From assembly GCA_043809145.1 (NCBI GenBank), contig JAZDED010000034.1, positions 6,423 to 70,422 of the forward strand: DNA of 64,000 nucleotides. The letters are read 5' to 3'. Position numbers and translations under genes: made by a program. Under the pieces are notes generated by a model. That model was not told where the DNA came from. It did no database searches and saw only the letters and a list, made by a program, of their open reading frames with translations. Below, in pieces: positions 59,230-64,000 of the stretch (position 1 is the first letter of the stretch; every line of letters starts with the position of its first letter). The stretch is from Candidatus Omnitrophota bacterium. Its GTDB lineage: Bacteria > Omnitrophota > Gorgyraeia > Gygaellales > Profunditerraquicolaceae.

Positions 59230-60113
59230 TTGACAGGCTCCGCCCAAATTGCCTCACGGTTCAGGGTAACCTTACTATTATTCAAAAGATTATTCAATTC
59301 TACGGCGCTAAAATCCCTTACCCCATAAATCTTAATCGTATTAATGATAATCTTGATTATTTCTTTATCGATATCGGCGTCATAGGAAACCTCGGGCTTC
59401 TGAAATTTAAGCCCGATGCGATGCCGTATTTGGCTGGCGACAAACTCCTCCAGGGTTATATCCCGATATTCAAGGCTACTGCCTCGTTTATCCCCGATTA
59501 TATTAGGCGCGAGCTCCATATCCTGAATAGTGCGATGGCTGTATTCTCCCCAGGATATATACTCATAACTTACCTTCTTCAAATCCAGGTAATAAAATAC
59601 TTCCTTAAGCATAATTCCATTTTTAATATCGGCAATGACTAAACAGAATAATTCCGGGCTCATCTCCTGGCCCTTTTCCATGCTGAAGATTACCCTGCGC
59701 AAAACCTTCCAAACGCTGCCGATTTTCTCCTTAGCATCTTTTTTATACTCAACCTCCTGGACCTTTTCTTGTTCGGGAATAGCCTTAATAGCATAATCAA
59801 ACTTGAATAAACCGGACTTATAACTCTCCTCATTTTTGCTAATCTCAAATTTCTCTGTATATTTCTGGGGTTTTTCCGGCTTGGTAAAAATATCCTCAAG
59901 CGGCAGATATATCCATAAGGTTCTTCCCACCAACCTCGAGCTAACCTCAAGCTTATATTCCTTTCTACAAATATCTTCAACCGCTTCGGGAATACTCTCT
60001 TTTAAATAGGTAGGCTGGGTGGATAAGGTACAACCAGAAGATAATGTAAATAAGAAAAAAATGCTAAGGGCGAGACTTACCGAATGACTTAAAGACAGCT
60101 TCAATTTCATCAT
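59226..60113 (-). CDS. Hypothetical lipoprotein
   Basis: Signal peptide with lipobox-like SSGC; overlaps the 3' end of the FtsH-like gene. Confidence 0.7.
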   Translation of the reverse strand: MMKLKLSLSHSVSLALSIFFLFTLSSGCTLSTQPTYLKESIPEAVEDICRKEYKLEVSSRLVGRTLWIYLPLEDIFTKPEKPQKYTEKFEISKNEESYKSGLFKFDYAIKAIPEQEKVQEVEYKKDAKEKIGSVWKVLRRVIFSMEKGQEMSPELFCLVIADIKNGIMLKEVFYYLDLKKVSYEYISWGEYSHRTIQDMELAPNIIGDKRGSSLEYRDITLEEFVASQIRHRIGLKFQKPEVSYDADIDKEIIKIIINTIKIYGVRDFSAVELNNLLNNSKVTLNREAIWAEPVN

Positions 60114-61740
60114 AATTAAGCTCTTCTTTGGCTACCAGTTCCCGGGCCAGGCGCTCCAAAAGGTCATCTTCTTTCTTTAAGAGTTCGCTTACTTCCTTCA
60201 AACATCCCCGCAGGATCTCCTGGACATCTTCATCAAGTATCTTCTTGGTCTCTTCAGAAATATAAGATGTGGATCCGGCAAAACTGTTTCTATCTAAAAT
60301 ATGAAAATCGCCGATCAAACCTGACTTGCCCATTCCTATGCGCCAGACCATATTATGAGCTGTTGATAGCGCTTGGGCAAAATCCCCTCCTACTCCGGCA
60401 GTAGTAAACCCAAGCTTTAATTTTTCGGCAGCAAATGAACCCAAAGCAATTTTAATATCATTAAGCAGTTCATACTGATCCTCAATAAACTTTTCATTGA
60501 TCTCCGGAACCCAGGTTACTCCTCCGGTATGGCCGCGGGGGGTAATGGTTATCTTAAACACATCCTTGGTGGGAACCAATAGATACGTAACTATAGCGTG
60601 GCCGGCCTCATGATAAGCAGTCTGCAGCTTCTCCTTCTGGCTCATTTTTACCCGGCGCTTAATACCCAAGGCAATCCTTTCGCGCGCCTCGTCAATCTCC
60701 TTCATGCTGATTAAAGAACATTTGTTTCTGATAGCAATTAAAGCAGCCTCGCGCACAACATTTGCAACATCTGCGGGGCTGCTACCTACGCTGATCCTGG
60801 CTAGGCGGTCTATCTTAACACTATTGGAATCGTATTTAACATCATTTAAATAATATTTGAACAGTTTTTCACGGTCTTCAAGGTTAGGTTTATCAACATA
60901 AATTTTGCGATCAAATCTTCCCGGGCGTAAAAGCGCCGGATCTAATATTTTCTCCGGGGCATTGGTTGCTCCGATAATTACAATATTTGAATCCTTTTCT
61001 TTTAATCCATCCATCTCTACCAAAAGCTGATTTAAAGTAGTATTTCGCTCCGAAGTCCCTCCAGAGCCTCCATCAAGCACCCTCTGCGCGCCAACAGCAT
61101 CTATTTCATCAATAAATATAAGGCAGCCCCCGTGCAATTCCGCAAGCATATTTGCCCTTTTAAAAAGACTGCGTATCCTTCCCGCCCCTACCCCCACAAA
61201 CATTTCCACAAACTCCGAGCCCGACATTGAGATGAAGGGTAACCTGGATTCAGTGGCAATGGCTTTAGCCAGATAAGTCTTGCCGCAACCCGGGGGCCCG
61301 AGCATCAATAAACCCCGCAGGATCTTTCCTCCGATCTGCTGTAGCTGCGCCCTGTCTTTTATAAGATTAACTACCTCGTACGCCTCCTGCTTAGCCTCTT
61401 CCATGCCAATAACATCTTTCCAGGTTATTCCTAACTCTTCTCCGGCAATGCTCTTCTTGGCTGTCTGGGAAAAAGACTGCGCCCCGCGTTTAAAAAACAT
61501 CCAGTAGTACATATAGGAAAAAACGATTGCCTGGATAACACCCATAACCCCCCAGGAAAACATCTGGAGAGGAAGAGAGGCAAGCTGTGTCTGACGCAGG
61601 TATGACTCTGCTTCATTCCAAGCCTTTACGCCTTTGATCAAAACAATAACCAAAGAAATAATTAAAGTTATTATACCGGTAATTACCAGAATTCTGATCC
61701 AGTATAATTTAAAGTAAAAACGTATTTTTCTCCAATCCAT
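60064..61740 (-). CDS. FtsH-like AAA+ zinc metalloprotease
   Basis: 2 TM, GPPGCGKT, FIDEID, RPGRFDR, HEAGH; likely start MDWRK at 61740. Confidence 0.9.
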   Translation of the reverse strand: MDWRKIRFYFKLYWIRILVITGIITLIISLVIVLIKGVKAWNEAESYLRQTQLASLPLQMFSWGVMGVIQAIVFSYMYYWMFFKRGAQSFSQTAKKSIAGEELGITWKDVIGMEEAKQEAYEVVNLIKDRAQLQQIGGKILRGLLMLGPPGCGKTYLAKAIATESRLPFISMSGSEFVEMFVGVGAGRIRSLFKRANMLAELHGGCLIFIDEIDAVGAQRVLDGGSGGTSERNTTLNQLLVEMDGLKEKDSNIVIIGATNAPEKILDPALLRPGRFDRKIYVDKPNLEDREKLFKYYLNDVKYDSNSVKIDRLARISVGSSPADVANVVREAALIAIRNKCSLISMKEIDEARERIALGIKRRVKMSQKEKLQTAYHEAGHAIVTYLLVPTKDVFKITITPRGHTGGVTWVPEINEKFIEDQYELLNDIKIALGSFAAEKLKLGFTTAGVGGDFAQALSTAHNMVWRIGMGKSGLIGDFHILDRNSFAGSTSYISEETKKILDEDVQEILRGCLKEVSELLKKEDDLLERLARELVAKEELNYDEIEAVFKSFGKSRP

Positions 61741-61991
61741 ATCGTTATCCTTTTTCTTAACTAAACTACTAAACCTCGCAGAAACCCTTAAAAAATAGGT
61801 TAGGCATTGGCAGTGCCCAGTCACAAGGGTAAATTAAAAATATCACAACTAATACCTTAAGTCAAACCTTTTCTTGGCAGGGAAAGTTCTGCTTTGACTT
61901 AAGACCATTCCTAATTCTCTTGACTTGAGCTAATTTAATTGTATAATATTGAAATCTAACTTGAATGGATTTTGTATAAGGAGAAGTGGAT

Positions 61992-63251
61992 ATGGCAAAA
62001 ATTACCAAGGCCTTAGCAAGGCAGATTCTGGATTCACGTGGAAATCCCACAATAGAAGTAGATATCTTATTGGATAATGGTATATTAGGCAGGGCAGCCG
62101 TACCCTCAGGCGCCTCTACCGGAGATAATGAAGCCCTAGAACTGCGCGATGGAGATAAAAACAAGTACCTCGGCAAAGGCGTACTTAAGGCTGTAAGTAA
62201 TGTCAACGGCCCCATTGCCGCTAAGATCCTGGGTCAGGAACCGAATTTCCAGGCCATAGATAAGGTTCTATTTGCGCTGGATGGCACAGAGAATAAATCC
62301 AAGTTAGGAGCTAATGCCATATTAGGAGTCTCTTTAGCCGTAGCCAAAGCTGGTGCATTAGCGGCAAATAAGCCTCTTTATAAATTTATCGGAGGCGTTC
62401 AAGCAAACATCCTGCCTGTCCCTTTAATGAATATTCTAAACGGCGGTATGCACGCAGATAATAATCTGGATATCCAAGAATTTATGATTATACCTGTAGG
62501 CGCGGACAGGTTTTCCGAAGCGCTGAGAATGGCCACAGAGGTCTTTCATAACCTGAAATCACTACTTAAATCCAAAAAACTGTCTACATCAGTTGGGGAT
62601 GAGGGCGGATTCGCTCCAAGCCTCAATTCCAACGAAGAAGCATTGGCCTTGATTATACAAGCTATTGAGAAATCCGGATACAAGCCCGGCAAAGAAATTA
62701 GCCTGGCGCTTGACTGCGCAGCCAGTTCCTTCTTCAAAAATGGAATCTATAATTTTGAAGGCGCGCCAAAGAAGGCTAGCGACTTAATAGCTACTTACGC
62801 CAACTGGTCAAAAAAGTACCCGTTAATTTCCATTGAAGACGGGTTAGCTGAACATGATGCTAGCGGATGGCAGAAATTAACCCGCGAGTTGGGCGCTAAT
62901 TTGCAGCTGGTCGGCGATGACATCTTTGTCACTAACCCCAAAATATTTAAAGATGGGATTGCCAAGGGAATTGCCAATGCTATTCTTATAAAGGTAAACC
63001 AGATCGGCTCCCTCTCAGAAACCTTAGAGACAATAGAAATCGCCCATCAAAATAAGTATAAGGCGATAATTTCACACCGCTCCGGAGAAACCGAAGATAC
63101 AACTATTGCGCATCTTGCTGTAGCCTCGGGATGCGGACAGATCAAGACCGGATCTTTATCGCGAACTGACCGGATCTGTAAATATAATGAGCTTCTAAGA
63201 ATTGAAGAAGAATTGGCCGACAAGGCTGTATACGCAGGAAAACTATTTTAA
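61992..63251 (+). CDS. eno: Enolase
   Basis: [30 protein letters not shown]; promoter TTGACT-16-TATAAT at 61920-61947. Confidence 0.98.
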   Translation: MAKITKALARQILDSRGNPTIEVDILLDNGILGRAAVPSGASTGDNEALELRDGDKNKYLGKGVLKAVSNVNGPIAAKILGQEPNFQAIDKVLFALDGTENKSKLGANAILGVSLAVAKAGALAANKPLYKFIGGVQANILPVPLMNILNGGMHADNNLDIQEFMIIPVGADRFSEALRMATEVFHNLKSLLKSKKLSTSVGDEGGFAPSLNSNEEALALIIQAIEKSGYKPGKEISLALDCAASSFFKNGIYNFEGAPKKASDLIATYANWSKKYPLISIEDGLAEHDASGWQKLTRELGANLQLVGDDIFVTNPKIFKDGIAKGIANAILIKVNQIGSLSETLETIEIAHQNKYKAIISHRSGETEDTTIAHLAVASGCGQIKTGSLSRTDRICKYNELLRIEEELADKAVYAGKLF

Positions 63252-63253
63252 CA

Positions 63254-63526
63254 ATGATCTTTAATAAAACTGTCCCCTTTTTAGGGGCAGGATTAGTAAT
63301 ACTAATAATATTTTTACCGGGTTATACAAAAATACAGGAATTAAGGGACAGAAACCTTGACCTTCAACAAAAGAATAAAGTCCTAAAGAAAGAAAACCAA
63401 TTCCTGGAAGCGGAATTAATTAGAATCACAACAGATTCGGTTTACCAGGAAAGAATCCTAAGGGACAAACTAGGAGTAGTCAGAAAAGACGAAGTTCCCG
63501 TAAAAATCGTCCCTCAAAAAGAGTAG
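63254..63526 (+). CDS. ftsB: Septum formation initiator (FtsB/DivIC family)
   Basis: TM + coiled coil + ERILRDKLG; usual position after eno. Confidence 0.8.
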   Translation: MIFNKTVPFLGAGLVILIIFLPGYTKIQELRDRNLDLQQKNKVLKKENQFLEAELIRITTDSVYQERILRDKLGVVRKDEVPVKIVPQKE

Positions 63527-63540
63527 GATAAATAGAGATT

Positions 63541-63614
63541 CGCGGGGTGGAGCAGTCTGGTAGCTCGTCAGGCTCATAACCTGAAGGCCATGAGTTCAAA
63601 TCTCATCCCCGCAA
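63541..63614 (+). tRNA. Initiator tRNA-Met (CAT)
   Basis: CGCGGGG...CCCCGCA with C1:A72 mismatch; anticodon arm TCAGG-CTCATAA-CCTGA. Confidence 0.92.
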
Positions 63615-63615
63615 T

Positions 63616-63650
63616 TAAAATAAAACCCCCTTAAGGGGGGTTTTATTTTA
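63616..63650. terminator. Bidirectional intrinsic terminator
   Basis: taaaataaaacccccc-ttaa-ggggggttttatttta. Confidence 0.85.
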
Positions 63651-63791
63651 TCTCGAGTTTATCTTAAAAAATATCGTGTGTTTTTTTTAAGATGTATAAA
63701 CGAGGGACAGGATACGATATTTTAATATTATTGTAAAAAACCGCCATTTACGACGGTTTTTTTATTTTATCACAAGGCGTTATGCTTTAAT

Positions 63792-64000
63792 TTAATCCTT
63801 TAAATATTCGACATCGATAGATTCTACCTTTCTACCTTTAGACCCAAGCTTAATTTTAGTATTCTCTATCCATAAAAATATTTCCGACTGCCCCAAGGCC
63901 TCAAATAATTTACCGGTAGAATTATAATCCAGAATAAAAAGCAACCCCCCCCTAAAGCGGATATCCTTAACTTTAAGCTCCATATTCATGGAAAAAAGAA
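63792..64000 (-). CDS. Hypothetical protein, probably 5'-truncated by the window edge
   Basis: 65-aa ORF in AT-rich DNA after the tRNA; no motif recognised. Confidence 0.3.
   Translation of the reverse strand, partial: LFSMNMELKVKDIRFRGGLLFILDYNSTGKLFEALGQSEIFLWIENTKIKLGSKGRKVESIDVEYLKD

Noticed and set aside
63735-63785. Fourth ANTAR site (cacaaggcgt)
   Set aside because: The loop is too short, it lies after rather than overlapping the nearby hairpin, and there is no downstream co-oriented gene.

Overview
A 64-kb bacterial chromosomal segment of about 40% GC. Gene content suggests an anaerobic diderm, plausibly Candidatus Omnitrophota (inference only). Core content: a Kdo/heptose/lipid A cluster (lptC/A-like, kdsCDAB, heptose kinase, msbA, gnnA-like, lpxB); nitrogen and redox genes (split carB, carA, gdhA, NfnAB/GltD-like pair, glnA, a GAF-ANTAR regulator, aminotransferase, Lrp, nadE); greA, PiT, mnmG, apgM, class II RNR, an Rnf operon in the order CGDEAB, purN, an FtsH-like protease, eno, ftsB; tRNA-Thr(CGT) and initiator tRNA-Met. 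The most notable observations are four. (1) A + strand accessory island at about 32.16-39.25 kb holds two tandem cassettes (promoter + membrane-anchored Zn-ribbon protein + type IV pilin), then a PilGHI/Xap-like ABC/TPR module and a stand-alone NifB-type radical SAM enzyme with all six NifB motifs; there are no nitrogenase genes in the window. (2) An apparent ANTAR antitermination regulon has hairpin/terminator leaders before carAB, gdhA and nfnAB, with a candidate GAF-ANTAR gene behind glnA. (3) A 30-bp palindrome is inserted in frame in glnA. (4) Several short palindromic repeat families occur, one sitting at island and cassette junctions, along with internally deleted pseudogenes.
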